Virus record (IMG/VR): IMGVR_UViG_3300010218_000013
Span: 1-54,543 of that record
Reading direction: 5' to 3' (one strand)
Source: a virus
Taxonomy: Duplodnaviria; Caudoviricetes
Length of the DNA: 54,543 nt
Shown: in pieces, positions 9,371 through 19,708 of the stretch
Layout: every line of letters begins with the position of its first letter
Position numbering within the stretch: the first letter of the stretch is position 1
Translations under genes and position numbers: made by a program
Notes under the pieces: generated by a model
What the model saw: only the letters and a program-made list of their open reading frames with translations
Told to the model about the DNA's origin: nothing
The model's database searches: none

Positions 9371-10867
9371 GTGACCGTTCCGTTCAAGAATATTCCGTCC
9401 GGCGACCAGATCCGCGTTCCGCTGTTTTACGCCGAGGTCGATAACAGCCAGGCGAACACGGCTACCCAGTCGCAGCGCGCACTCATCATCGGCCAGATGA
9501 CGTCCGCTGGCACGGGGGTCGCCAACACCCCGACGATCTGCCAAGGCAAATCGGATGCAAAGACAGTGGGCGGCCCGGGCTCCATGCTCGCGCTGATGAC
9601 TGCGGCGTATCGCGACAGCGACAGCTTCGGCGAGGTCTGGTACCTGCCGCTGGCTGACGATGGCAGCGCCGTCGCCGCCACCGGTTCGATCAACTTCACG
9701 GCGGCCGCCACTGCGACGGGCGTGCTGTTCCTGTATCTCGGCGGCCAACTCGTCACGCAGACGGTCAATTCGTCTCTTACGCCGGCGCAGCTTGCCACGG
9801 CGCTCGCGGCCACCGTCAACGCCGCGACGGACCTCCCGGTAACTGCCGCTGTCGATGGCACGACCACCAGTAAGGTCAACTTCACGGCGAAGAACAAGGG
9901 CCTCGCCGGAAACGACATCGACATCAGCGTGAACTACAGGGGCACGAGGAACGGTGAAGTCACCCCGACCGGCCTCATGTTCACAATTGTTGCGATGAGC
10001 GGCGGACTGGTGAATCCGGTACTCACGACCGGTCTCGCCAATTTGGCGGATATGGCGTTCGACTTCATCGCGATGCCGTACACGGACGCCACGTCGCTCG
10101 ATGCGGTGAAGTCGTTTCTTAACGACCAGAACGGTCGTTGGGCATGGTCGAAGGGAATCTACGGCCATTTCTTCGCGTTCTATCGGGGAACGGTCGGAGG
10201 TTTGACGACGTTCGGCGTCACGCGCAATGATCAGCACGGCTCCGTCATGGGCTTTAACGGCTCGCCGACGCCGGCGTGGGTCGCCGCGGCCGACCTATGC
10301 GGCGCCGCGGCGACCGCGTTGCGCGCGGATCCGGGCCTGCCACTTCAGACGGTCACGCTGTCGACATTCCTTGCACCGCCGGTTGCGTCGCGCTTCGAGC
10401 TAACCGATCGAAACACGTTGCTCTTCGACGGCATCTCGACCTTCACCGTCGCAGATGATGGCACCGTGGCGATCGAGAACCTGATCACGACCTACCAGAA
10501 GAACAGTTTCGGGCAGCCGGACAACAGCTACCTGCAGGTAGAGACGATGTTTCTGCTGATGTACGTGATCCGGCGTCTCAAGGGTGTGGTGACGAGCAAA
10601 TATGCTCGCAAGAAACTCGCAGCCAATGGCACGCGCTTCGCACCAGGCGCGAACATCGTCACGCCGAACATCATCCGCGCGGATCAGATCGCCGAATACC
10701 AGGCGATGGAGTTCGAGGGGTACGTACAGAACAGTGAAGCCTTCGCGGCGGGCTTGATCGTCGAGCAGGACTCGCAAAACCCAAGCAGGGTGAACGAACT
10801 CTGGGACGGCGTCCTGATCGACGGACTGCGCATCTTTGCGTTGCTGGCCCAGTTCCGCCTGCAATAA
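9371..10867 (+). CDS. Tail sheath protein (Mu gpL-like)
   Basis: RVPLFYAEVDNS, GPGSMLA, ITTYQKNSFG, QFRLQ C-terminus. Confidence 0.96.
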   Translation: MTVPFKNIPSGDQIRVPLFYAEVDNSQANTATQSQRALIIGQMTSAGTGVANTPTICQGKSDAKTVGGPGSMLALMTAAYRDSDSFGEVWYLPLADDGSAVAATGSINFTAAATATGVLFLYLGGQLVTQTVNSSLTPAQLATALAATVNAATDLPVTAAVDGTTTSKVNFTAKNKGLAGNDIDISVNYRGTRNGEVTPTGLMFTIVAMSGGLVNPVLTTGLANLADMAFDFIAMPYTDATSLDAVKSFLNDQNGRWAWSKGIYGHFFAFYRGTVGGLTTFGVTRNDQHGSVMGFNGSPTPAWVAAADLCGAAATALRADPGLPLQTVTLSTFLAPPVASRFELTDRNTLLFDGISTFTVADDGTVAIENLITTYQKNSFGQPDNSYLQVETMFLLMYVIRRLKGVVTSKYARKKLAANGTRFAPGANIVTPNIIRADQIAEYQAMEFEGYVQNSEAFAAGLIVEQDSQNPSRVNELWDGVLIDGLRIFALLAQFRLQ

Positions 10868-10888
10868 CCAGTTCCTCCACCAGCATTG

Positions 10889-10915
10889 GCCGCCTTCGGG
10901 CGGCTTCTTTTTTTT
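10889..10915 (+). terminator. Intrinsic terminator-like hairpin after sheath
   Basis: GCCGCC-TTCG-GGCGGC followed by T tract. Confidence 0.75.
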
Positions 10916-10927
10916 GTGAGTTCATAA

Positions 10928-11296
10928 ATGTCGAATACAGCGAACCGCATTGCCGGTACGGCGTATCTGACGGTGGACGGGACGACCTATACCGTCGCCG
11001 GCGACTTCGAATACGACCCGAGCTCGGTCACGCGCGAGACCCTCGCGGGTCAATCCGGTGTCGACGGCTTTAGCGAAAAGCCGAAGGCTGGCCAGATCAA
11101 GGCAACGCTGCGCGATATGGGTGGCCTTTCGCTCGCCGCGATCAACGCGATGGACGATGTCACGGTCGTCACCGAGCTGGCCAACGGCAAGACAGTGATC
11201 GGCCGGAACATGTGGACGGTTGATCCGCAGGGCGCAAAGGCCGAGGACGCGACCGTGCCGGTCACGTGGGAAGGCCCGAGCGTCACGGAGCACTAA
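10928..11296 (+). CDS. Tail tube protein (Mu gpM-like)
   Basis: RIAGTAYLTVDG, TELANGK. Confidence 0.92.
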   Translation: MSNTANRIAGTAYLTVDGTTYTVAGDFEYDPSSVTRETLAGQSGVDGFSEKPKAGQIKATLRDMGGLSLAAINAMDDVTVVTELANGKTVIGRNMWTVDPQGAKAEDATVPVTWEGPSVTEH

Positions 11297-11299
11297 CTG

Positions 11300-11860
11300 A
11301 TGGAACCCACGAAGACCATCACGTTTCGCAAGCCGATTACCGTCGGCGCTGGCGAAGGCGCGAAGACGTACGAGTCGGTCACGCTGCGCGAGCCGCTCGC
11401 TGGCGACTACGAAACCGCAGAGAAAAACGCGGGAAAGTATGGCTTTCTCATCGCGCTCATCGCGCTCATCTCCGCGGTGCCGATCGATGCCGTCGACCAG
11501 ATGTTCGGCAGCCAGCTCGACGAGGCCGAGGATTATTTCGCTACGTTCGCCGACGGCGTTAGCGATCCGACGCAGCGTAGCGACGACGAAATGACGCTGC
11601 TGCTCGAGCAGCCGGTGCAACTCACGGAAGACAACACGGGACTGAACGCGGCATCGCTCGATCTGTGCGAACCGACGAATCAGCAGCGCCGGAAGGCACG
11701 CGCGGCCGGCGGACCGTTCGCCGCATCGGTTGCGCTTATCTCCGACGTCGCGAAGGTGCCGAAGAAAACGGTTCGCGCCATGTGCGCCCGGGACTTTCTG
11801 ACTGCCGTCGGCTATTTCAACGGTTTTCAGATCGGGCGGCGGCCGGGCTCGGACGACTGA
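11300..11860 (+). CDS. Tail assembly chaperone with two tandem chaperone domains
   Basis: LREP/LCEP motif twice; between tube and tape measure. Confidence 0.85.
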   Translation: MEPTKTITFRKPITVGAGEGAKTYESVTLREPLAGDYETAEKNAGKYGFLIALIALISAVPIDAVDQMFGSQLDEAEDYFATFADGVSDPTQRSDDEMTLLLEQPVQLTEDNTGLNAASLDLCEPTNQQRRKARAAGGPFAASVALISDVAKVPKKTVRAMCARDFLTAVGYFNGFQIGRRPGSDD

Positions 11861-12036
11861 TCGCCGCCGACGCGACGTACGTCCCAGAAGAGTGGGAGCA
11901 GTGGATCGCTGATGTCGCGCATTTCTGGCGCATTCCGCCCGCCACCGTCTGGGCAATGACGTGGTCCGAAACCGAGTGGCACCTGAAAGAAGCGCTGCGG
12001 ATCCGCAGCGCGACTGGAACAACCCATGGCCAATAA
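11821..12036 (+). CDS. -1 frameshift extension of tail chaperone (gpE'/gpGT-like)
   Basis: IADVAHFWRIPPATVWAMTW in the -1 frame; candidate slip site C GGT TTT C at 11821-11828. Confidence 0.7.
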   Translation, partial: RFSDRAAAGLGRLIAADATYVPEEWEQWIADVAHFWRIPPATVWAMTWSETEWHLKEALRIRSATGTTHGQ

Positions 12037-13723
12037 GATTCAGTTCGTCATCACCGCCGTCGACCGCGCGACGTCGACCGTGCGAAAGGTCAAGGGTTCT
12101 ATCGCCAGCACCATTTCGCCGGTCACTGATCTGGCGAAATCGCTCGGCTCTCTCAGCCGCGAAACGGGACTATCCCGCCTGACCCGCGGGCTTCTCGGCG
12201 CCGCTCGAGCGGCCGGTTCTCTTGCGAGCAAACTCGTCATGCGAGCAACGCCGCTCGGGCTGCTCGGCGGACTCGGTTCAGTCGCTGGACTTGCCGCGAT
12301 CGTCACCGGCTGGGGGCGCGCTGGACAGGAGCTTGATCGCACATCAGGTCTGCTCGGCGTCAACACCAACGAACTGCAGCAATACCGCGGCGCGGCGCGG
12401 CTCGCCGGGCTCTCGAATGAGAGCATGGACGCGTCGCTCCAGCAGCTCGGGGACACGATGCAAGGCGCAGTGAACGGCCGCGCGCCAGAAGCGCTCGCGC
12501 TCATGAGCGCGTGGCGGATCGGGCTGCACAAGACCGCTGACGGCGCCGTTGATACGTCTCGCGCGCTGCTGGACGTATCGAAGGCGATCCAGTCGAACAT
12601 GCGCGCCGGCGGCACTGTGCAATCGGCGCGACAGATCGCGCAGGCGTTCGGTGTCGAATCGATTTTGCCGCTGCTTATGAAGGGCCCCGCAGCCATCCAG
12701 GCGCTGGTGCGGGAATTCGACAATCTCCACGCCGCGATGGACGGCCAGGCAATCCGTCAAGCGGACGAATATGCGCAGAACATCTCGAAGCTCGAAATCT
12801 CGGTCGAGTCGCTGCGCAATTCGCTCGGCAACGCACTGATTCCTGTCTTGCAGCCGGCGATCCAGTTGATGACTCAGTGGCTCGCCGTGCCGGAGAACAA
12901 GGAAAAACTGATTCAGGGCGTCGCGGGCGCGGTGCGCTGGCTATCCGACGAGGTCAAGAGCTTCGACTGGGATAAGGCGAAGAAGGGCGCGAACGACTTC
13001 TTCGATCTCGTCTCTCGTTCATACGAACTGCTGATGCGCGTTAGCCGCGCCACCTCGCGTGTCGGCGAAGGCTTTGAGCGCTTCGGCAACGCACTGCGCG
13101 GCAACGGGTTGAGTACGAACGCCGAAATGTCCGCCGGTGTGAATGGCAACACTACATCCGCTGTGCGGTTCTTCGAATCGCGCGGCTGGTCTCATGCTCA
13201 GGCCTTGGGCATTGCCGCGAATCTGCAGAGCGAGAGTCAGGTAGACCCGGCAGCGGTGGGCGACAACGGGAAGGCCTACGGCATCGCGCAATGGCACAAG
13301 GATCGGCAAGACGCATTCCAAAAGTGGGCTGGCAACTGGATCGGCAATTCGACGCTCGAGCAGCAGCTCGGCTTTGTCGACTATGAATTGCGAAATGGTG
13401 GCGAGCGGCAAGCCGGCGCGGCACTGTCTTCCGCGAACACGCCGGAGCAAGCCGCGAGCATCGTTTCCAGGCTATACGAGCGGCCGCAAGCCGCTGACGC
13501 AGAGGCGGCTAGTCGCGCCCAGCTCGCGACCAAACTTAGCGGCTTTTACGGGCCGGCCACCGACAACACGCAAGCGTCGCTCGGTGCAGGAGAATCAGTG
13601 GTGAAGGTCGATATTCATCTGCAGGGAGCGCCGCGAGGGACACGCACGTCGGTCAGCTCTTCGCGCAACGTCGATACGAACGTACGCACTGGCTCGACAA
13701 TGGATCTGGGAGCAGCGCTATGA
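12026..13723 (+). CDS. Tape measure protein with C-terminal tail lysozyme domain
   Basis: ITAVDRAT N-terminus; GIAANLQSES..DPAAVGDNGKAYGIAQW. Confidence 0.92.
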   Translation: MANKIQFVITAVDRATSTVRKVKGSIASTISPVTDLAKSLGSLSRETGLSRLTRGLLGAARAAGSLASKLVMRATPLGLLGGLGSVAGLAAIVTGWGRAGQELDRTSGLLGVNTNELQQYRGAARLAGLSNESMDASLQQLGDTMQGAVNGRAPEALALMSAWRIGLHKTADGAVDTSRALLDVSKAIQSNMRAGGTVQSARQIAQAFGVESILPLLMKGPAAIQALVREFDNLHAAMDGQAIRQADEYAQNISKLEISVESLRNSLGNALIPVLQPAIQLMTQWLAVPENKEKLIQGVAGAVRWLSDEVKSFDWDKAKKGANDFFDLVSRSYELLMRVSRATSRVGEGFERFGNALRGNGLSTNAEMSAGVNGNTTSAVRFFESRGWSHAQALGIAANLQSESQVDPAAVGDNGKAYGIAQWHKDRQDAFQKWAGNWIGNSTLEQQLGFVDYELRNGGERQAGAALSSANTPEQAASIVSRLYERPQAADAEAASRAQLATKLSGFYGPATDNTQASLGAGESVVKVDIHLQGAPRGTRTSVSSSRNVDTNVRTGSTMDLGAAL

Positions 13724-15147
13724 ATGTAGGCCGCGGCGCGGGAGCTGTGCTTGGCACGACGTCAGGCATTGCCAACCTCGCAAAATCGTTGTCGGCGCGA
13801 CTGGGCGGATCGATGGGCAGCTATTTCGAGCAGCTGCGCCCTGCGTCGTTCCGCGGCATGCAATTCGTATCTCTCGGCGCGGATGGCACCTTCGGCCGCC
13901 GCAACGCAGTCCATCAGTACCCGAAACGCGACACTCCGTGGGTCGAGGACATGGGGCGCGCCGCGCGACGATTCCAGGTCACCGGATACCTTGTCGGGGA
14001 TGACGTCATCCAGAAGCGTGATGTGCTGATCAAGGTCTGCGAACTGGAGGACACCGGGGAACTCGTGCATCCCACTTATGGCCGGCGCATCGTCAGCTTG
14101 ATGGACTTCAAGGTGATCGAGCGGTGGGATAAAGCCCGGTATTTCGAGCTCCAGTTCGATTTTATTGAGAGCGGGCAGCGCGTATTCCCGGCTGCCGCGA
14201 ACGCAACCACGAGCCAGATCGCTGCGGCGATCGACGCGCTCGGTCTATCCGCTGCCGCTGACTTCGCTTCGCGAGCGCTGAATACCCTTGCGTATGGCGC
14301 GGCCATCGTTGGGATGGCGGTGAACACGGCATTGACGTGGTACACCAACGCGAAAAACATTGCGGGCGACGCGCGCAATCTAGTCCGGCTTGTCTTCAAT
14401 TTGCCGGGCACTTTCGGTCGATTCGCGGGCAGTGCGAAAGTACCGACGTTCAGTCGATACCCCGGCGCGCCTGCGCGATCATCGTCCCTGACCGTTGATG
14501 ATCTAATCGCGCAGGCCACCAGGGCGCGAACCGCCGTCGCAACAGCTGCGACCACGCTCGCGACGGCTGCCGCATCGCTGGACGCAAGCTCAATTGCTAC
14601 GTTTGCGAATTCGGCGCAGGGCGTCGCCAGTGCCGTCTGCGCCGCGGCGGCTGCGCCAGCTGACGGCATTCGGCTGCTGACGGCGCTGGCAGACTTTCAA
14701 CCGTCGGCACCGACGACCAGTTCAGTGATCGGCATCGGAATGGCCACCATGCAATCGGCGTGCGGTGACCTGTTTCGGCGCGCGGCAATCGGCGCCGTTG
14801 CGAGCGCAGCATCCCAGTATCAGCCGAGATCTGCAGATGACGCAGCTGCGGTGCGCGATGCGGTAGTCGCATTAATTGACACCGAAATCGAAGTGGCCGG
14901 CAATCAGGGAGAGGACGCCACTTACGGATCGCTCCGGTCACTTCGCGCGGCCGTCGTTCAGGATTTGAATCAACGCGGTGCCGGGCTTGCGTCCATCAAG
15001 AGCTTCAACATGAAGGCGGGGTTGCCGTCGCTCGTGCTCGCTCACAGGCTATATCGCGACGCGGGTCGGGCTGATGAGCTGACCGCACAGGCCGATCCTC
15101 TTCATCCGGCATTCATGCCTCTCACGTTCCGAGCGCTCTCATCCTGA
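13720..15147 (+). CDS. DNA circularization protein (Mu gpN-like)
   Basis: LRPASFRG, HQYPKRD..VEDMGR, LVHPTYG, HPAFMP. Confidence 0.93.
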   Translation: MNVGRGAGAVLGTTSGIANLAKSLSARLGGSMGSYFEQLRPASFRGMQFVSLGADGTFGRRNAVHQYPKRDTPWVEDMGRAARRFQVTGYLVGDDVIQKRDVLIKVCELEDTGELVHPTYGRRIVSLMDFKVIERWDKARYFELQFDFIESGQRVFPAAANATTSQIAAAIDALGLSAAADFASRALNTLAYGAAIVGMAVNTALTWYTNAKNIAGDARNLVRLVFNLPGTFGRFAGSAKVPTFSRYPGAPARSSSLTVDDLIAQATRARTAVATAATTLATAAASLDASSIATFANSAQGVASAVCAAAAAPADGIRLLTALADFQPSAPTTSSVIGIGMATMQSACGDLFRRAAIGAVASAASQYQPRSADDAAAVRDAVVALIDTEIEVAGNQGEDATYGSLRSLRAAVVQDLNQRGAGLASIKSFNMKAGLPSLVLAHRLYRDAGRADELTAQADPLHPAFMPLTFRALSS

Positions 15148-15149
15148 CC

Positions 15150-16223
15150 ATGGCAGATGACCTCAGTCTGATTGTGGACGGTGTGCGCCTATCCGGCTGG
15201 ACGAAGATCCGTGTAACCCGCGGCGTCGAGCGGCTGCCGAGCGACTTCGAAATCGAGATGACGGATCTCTATCCCGGCGACCTCGAGCAGATGAGCGTTA
15301 TCGCCGGGCAGAGCTGTCAGGTGGCAGTCGGTGAAGATGTCGTCATCACCGGCTACGTCGACCGCGTGCGACCCGGCATTGGCCCTGACTACCATCGAAT
15401 CCGTGTGATCGGGCGCGGCAAATGCGAGGACCTCGTTGATTGCAGCGCGGAGTGGGAAGGCGGGCAGATCAGTGGCTCGAACGCGTTGCAGATCGCACAG
15501 AAGCTCGCGGCCCCATATGGAATTACCGTCACCAGCGACGGCAACAATGGGCCCAGCATCCCGCAATTCAACCTGATGATCGGAGAGACCGCATTCGAGG
15601 TAATTGAACGGATCGCGCGCTATGCCGGCGTGCTCGCCTACGACTTGCCTGACGGAAATCTCAGGCTCGCGCGCGCCGGCATCGACTCGCACACGTCCGG
15701 CTTCACCGAAGGACAGAACGTCGAAGATGCTGAATTCGAATGGGGCGCGGATCTTCGCTATTCGGAGATCGACTGTTACCTGCTCACGATGCAAACGATG
15801 GGGGACGCCGGCGTCAACCTCGTGCCGGTCGCCACGGCGAGAGACGCAACAGTCACGCGTCACAGGAAGCTGTACATCGTCTCGGAACAGGTTCAGGCCG
15901 GGCGGAACATCGCGCAGGAGCGAGCCAACTGGGAAGCGGCGCGACGCGCCGGGCGATCACAGGTGGTTCGCCTGGTGACCGACAGCTGGCGCGACAACGA
16001 TGGCCTCTTGTGGACGCCGAACGTGCTGGTACCGGTGACGCTGCCGTCGCTCAAAATCCCCGAAGAGACGTTCATGCTTATCTCCGAAGTCACTTATGCG
16101 CTCGACGAGCAAGGTACGCACGCGGACCTCCTATTGATGCCGCCTGACGCCTTCAGGCCTGAGCCAACGATTCTGCAGCCGCTTTCACCGGACGTCGTCC
16201 TCGGCGCACCGAACGCCCCATGA
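15150..16223 (+). CDS. Baseplate hub (Mu gp44-like)
   Basis: GWTKIRV, DLVDCSA, GETAFE, WTPN. Confidence 0.92.
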   Translation: MADDLSLIVDGVRLSGWTKIRVTRGVERLPSDFEIEMTDLYPGDLEQMSVIAGQSCQVAVGEDVVITGYVDRVRPGIGPDYHRIRVIGRGKCEDLVDCSAEWEGGQISGSNALQIAQKLAAPYGITVTSDGNNGPSIPQFNLMIGETAFEVIERIARYAGVLAYDLPDGNLRLARAGIDSHTSGFTEGQNVEDAEFEWGADLRYSEIDCYLLTMQTMGDAGVNLVPVATARDATVTRHRKLYIVSEQVQAGRNIAQERANWEAARRAGRSQVVRLVTDSWRDNDGLLWTPNVLVPVTLPSLKIPEETFMLISEVTYALDEQGTHADLLLMPPDAFRPEPTILQPLSPDVVLGAPNAP

Positions 16224-16783
16224 AAGCCTATCTCGATCGTACGGCTCGGCGCGTCATGAGCGCGCTTGCACAAGGCCTCGTAAAAGTGGTGAACGACAGC
16301 GCCGGAATCCAGTTCATGCAGGTGAAGTTCAACCCGTTGCAGACAATCGACAACCTGCCGCGTTGCGCCGAATACGGGTTCACGTCGAACCCGCCCGAAA
16401 ACTCGGACGCCGTCGTTGCGTTTGCAGGCGGCGATCGCTCGAACGGCGTCGTGATTGCAACCGGCAACGCGAAATACCGGATGACGCAGCTCGCGACAGG
16501 TGAAGTGGCGATTCACGACAGCATCGGGCAGTCGGTCTATCTGACGGTGAATGGCATCGTGATCAATGGCGGCGGAAACCCGATGATCATCACCAACACG
16601 CCGGAGATCACGGCCGACACACCGATGCTGAAATGCACCGGCGACATCCTCGACAACTGCGAAACGAACAAGCGGACCGTAGCTGGAATGCGTGAGGTCG
16701 CGAATATGCACACGCACGACGTGCCGAATGTTCAGAGCGGCGGTGACACGCGCGTGTCCGAGCCGCCAAACCAAGCCGAGTAA
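16220..16783 (+). CDS. Baseplate spike (Mu gp45-like)
   Basis: YGFTSNPP, GGDRSNGVVI, C-terminal HTH metal-binding tripeptide. Confidence 0.92.
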   Translation: MKAYLDRTARRVMSALAQGLVKVVNDSAGIQFMQVKFNPLQTIDNLPRCAEYGFTSNPPENSDAVVAFAGGDRSNGVVIATGNAKYRMTQLATGEVAIHDSIGQSVYLTVNGIVINGGGNPMIITNTPEITADTPMLKCTGDILDNCETNKRTVAGMREVANMHTHDVPNVQSGGDTRVSEPPNQAE

Positions 16784-16786
16784 GCG

Positions 16787-17236
16787 ATGCCCGATATCAC
16801 AGTTGTATGGGACGTCGACAACAGCCGCGGCGACTGGCGCCTGATCGGTCCGGCGCTAGCGACGGGCAATGATCTGCCGACTGCGGCGCTTATCAGTCTC
16901 TTCACCGATCGAACAGCCAATCCCGACGACCAGATTCCGGACGGAACCGACGACGCTCGGGGATGGTGGGGCGATACGGGAGAAGAGCAACCGATCGGAT
17001 CGCGCCTGTGGTTGCTCGAGCGGGCAAAGCAGACGCAGGAAACGCTGAACAACGCTGTCGACTATGCGAAGGAAGCGCTGCAATGGTTTATCGATGATGG
17101 CGTGGTCGCGCGCATCGATGTATTTGCTCAATGGGTGCGGACCTCGTTTCTCGGTTTTCAGGTTGTTTTCTATGACAAAGACGGCACGACCGTGGCTGCA
17201 ATGAGCTACGCGTGGGCCTGGAACGAGATCCGCTGA
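16787..17236 (+). CDS. Baseplate wedge (Mu gp46-like)
   Basis: ISLFTD, RGWWGD, GSRLWLL. Confidence 0.93.
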   Translation: MPDITVVWDVDNSRGDWRLIGPALATGNDLPTAALISLFTDRTANPDDQIPDGTDDARGWWGDTGEEQPIGSRLWLLERAKQTQETLNNAVDYAKEALQWFIDDGVVARIDVFAQWVRTSFLGFQVVFYDKDGTTVAAMSYAWAWNEIR

Positions 17237-17237
17237 C

Positions 17238-18398
17238 ATGCCATACGCACGTAAGACACTCGCTCAAATCAGGTCAGATGCACTGGCCGATATTTCAGCT
17301 GCGCTCGAGGGATCGGATCCGCTGTTGCGCTTTGCCGCGCTAAAGATCATCGGCGTGGTGCTCGCTGGCATGACCAACGAGGAATACGGCTATCTCGACT
17401 GGATCGCGAAGCAGACTAACCCGTTCACTTCGGACGACGAATACCTGGCGGCGTGGGGTGCGCTCAAGAAGGTGTACATGAAAGATGCCAGCGCAGCTCG
17501 GCTGTCGGCATCTTTCGTGGGAACGGCCGGCAAAACGTTGGATGACGGTACACCGGTCGTGCGCGGCGATGGCGTCACATATACGACCTCGGGGACACAG
17601 ACCGTTGTAGGAACGACGGTCATCGTCACAATCGTCGCGGACGTCGCCGGCGCCGCTGGCAATGCAGACGACGGCACGGTCGTCTCGCTCGGCGTCGCTG
17701 TCGACGGCATCCAGTCGACAGGTTCAGTCGTCAGCACAGTGTCTTCCGGCGCCGACATCGAAGACCCAGAGGACTTCCGCTCGCGCGTGCTGGCGAAATA
17801 CCAGCAGCCGCCACAAGGCGGTGCCGAACCGGACTATGTGGACTGGGCACTCGAGGTCGCTGGGGTGACTCGTGCCTGGTGCGCACCCAATGGTTTCGGC
17901 GCGGGCACCGTGGTGGTCTATTTCATGATGGATGACGCGCAGGCGTCTCACGGGGGCTTCCCACAGGGCACGAACGGTGTCTCACAGAACGACAAGGGGC
18001 CCGGTGGCCAACCACGAGGTACCGTGGCTACAGGCGACCAACTTGTAGTGGCGGACCATATTGTTTCTGTTGAACCTGTTACTGCTCTCGTGTCGTCCTG
18101 CGCACCCGTTCAGAACCTCGTTTCGCTCGTGCTATCGGGCGCATCAGGATGGTCGACGGCGACAAAGAACGCGGTGAAGGCGCAGATCTCCGATGTGTTT
18201 TTCCGCAACGGCGACCCTCGGGGCGGCACGGTCGACAGATCAGATATCAACTCGGCTATCGCCGCTGTTCCGGGCACCGCTGGATTCGTCATTACGTCGA
18301 TCACAGGCCTGATTGCGACCACTCCCGCCAGCTACCCGGCCAATATCACCGGCAGTTTTGGCTCCTTGCCGGTGCTCGGTACAGTCGACTTCATCTGA
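17238..18398 (+). CDS. Baseplate J-like (Mu gp47)
   Basis: GADIEDPEDFRSR, PPQGGA..DYVDWALEVAGVTRAW. Confidence 0.94.
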   Translation: MPYARKTLAQIRSDALADISAALEGSDPLLRFAALKIIGVVLAGMTNEEYGYLDWIAKQTNPFTSDDEYLAAWGALKKVYMKDASAARLSASFVGTAGKTLDDGTPVVRGDGVTYTTSGTQTVVGTTVIVTIVADVAGAAGNADDGTVVSLGVAVDGIQSTGSVVSTVSSGADIEDPEDFRSRVLAKYQQPPQGGAEPDYVDWALEVAGVTRAWCAPNGFGAGTVVVYFMMDDAQASHGGFPQGTNGVSQNDKGPGGQPRGTVATGDQLVVADHIVSVEPVTALVSSCAPVQNLVSLVLSGASGWSTATKNAVKAQISDVFFRNGDPRGGTVDRSDINSAIAAVPGTAGFVITSITGLIATTPASYPANITGSFGSLPVLGTVDFI

Positions 18399-18404
18399 GA
18401 ACAA

Positions 18405-19079
18405 ATGCTCGCGCCAAATCTCACAGCCGCCGACTTTCTTGCGGCGATGCAGACGCTTATGCCGCGCGGCCGCGTGTGGCCACGCGATCCAGACGCTTTT
18501 CAGACAAAGACGTTAGCGGGCTGTGCTCCTACTTTCGTGCGGCTGACGAACCGAGCGAACGAGCTGCTCGTCGATGGCTTTCCTGCGACCGCGTACGAAC
18601 TGTTGCCGGATTGGGAATCTTCCCTCGGTCTGCCGGATCCGTGCGCTGGCGCTGCTCCGACAATTCAACAGCGCCGCGCGCAGGTCGTCGCGCGGTTTTC
18701 GAATAGCGGCGGCCAGTCCATCGCGTACTTCGAGGACTTTGCCGCCGCGCTGGGCTACGAGGTGTCGATTCAGAACTTCGCGCCAGCGAGAGCCGGACAG
18801 TCGCGGTGCGGGGACGCGGATTATGGGCGCGACTGGGCATTCGCCTGGGCCGTCGATCTTCCGCTAAGCAATGTTGTCCACGCCCGGGCGAGTCAATCCG
18901 CCGCCGGCGAGCCGCTCTCGAGTTGGGGAAATGACGTTCTGCAGTGCGAGTTTGGGGCGACCAAGCCAGCTCATTCCATCCTGATATTCAGATACCTCAC
19001 AGAGATTTTCGACAACTCGGTTGTCGACGACTTCGGTCGTCCGGTTGTGACCTCGAGCGGATTGCCGGTCGTTGTATGA
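18405..19079 (+). CDS. Baseplate wedge (Mu gp48/DUF2313-like) with short C-terminal extension
   Basis: LMPRGRVW, LLPDWESSLGLPD, KPAHS. Confidence 0.9.
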   Translation: MLAPNLTAADFLAAMQTLMPRGRVWPRDPDAFQTKTLAGCAPTFVRLTNRANELLVDGFPATAYELLPDWESSLGLPDPCAGAAPTIQQRRAQVVARFSNSGGQSIAYFEDFAAALGYEVSIQNFAPARAGQSRCGDADYGRDWAFAWAVDLPLSNVVHARASQSAAGEPLSSWGNDVLQCEFGATKPAHSILIFRYLTEIFDNSVVDDFGRPVVTSSGLPVVV

Positions 19080-19100
19080 CGCCATTCGGAAGGAGCATGC

Positions 19101-19700
19101 ATGTATCAGATTGATTCGAGCGGCAGCGTAACGACGCAGCCCACAGCGGGTAGCGCTGGAACGCCGGGATGGTTCACAGGCGGTAATCCGGCAACCGGCC
19201 AAGAAGCCACAATTCTCGACGCTGACTGGTTCAATGCGGTTCAGGCCGAGCTGCTTAACGTTCTCACTGCAGCGTCGATCACGCCGGCGAAAGGAACCAA
19301 CAACCAGCTTCTCGCTGCGATACAGGCGCTGTTTGCCGCTGTCGGCGGCAACTCGGCCGTCACGTTCAACGTCGCTCCATCGGTGGCCCCAAACAATGCT
19401 GTCAATCAAAGTCAGGTGATTGGTGTCGGTCAAAGCAAGCAGGTGCTGACAGGCTCTCGCGCGCTCGGGACAACCTACACGAACTCGACCGGTAAGCCCA
19501 TCACGATCCACGTCGCTGCTTCTGGAGCCGCTGCTGGATCTGCTGTTGGCTTTTTTACAGACGGCGTCGAAGGGGCAGTTAGCGTCGCCACGGCATCAGC
19601 CGGTGCGATTGGTGTCAGCGCGATCGTGTATCCGGGATCCACCTATGCCGTGATTGCATCGGGTGGAGCGTCGCTGACCTCGTGGATCGAATACCGATAA
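19101..19700 (+). CDS. Short tail fibre protein
   Basis: Mu-S-like N-terminus GWFTGGNP..DWFNAVQAEL; C-terminal GVGQ..SRALGTTYTNSTGKPI domain. Confidence 0.8.
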   Translation: MYQIDSSGSVTTQPTAGSAGTPGWFTGGNPATGQEATILDADWFNAVQAELLNVLTAASITPAKGTNNQLLAAIQALFAAVGGNSAVTFNVAPSVAPNNAVNQSQVIGVGQSKQVLTGSRALGTTYTNSTGKPITIHVAASGAAAGSAVGFFTDGVEGAVSVATASAGAIGVSAIVYPGSTYAVIASGGASLTSWIEYR

Positions 19701-19708
19701 GAGGCGGA

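Noticed and set aside
9177-19700. Mu-like transposable phage or invertible tail-fibre segment
   Set aside because: Only the tail is Mu-like; no transposase, invertase or inverted fibre cassette; a tyrosine integrase and attP are present.
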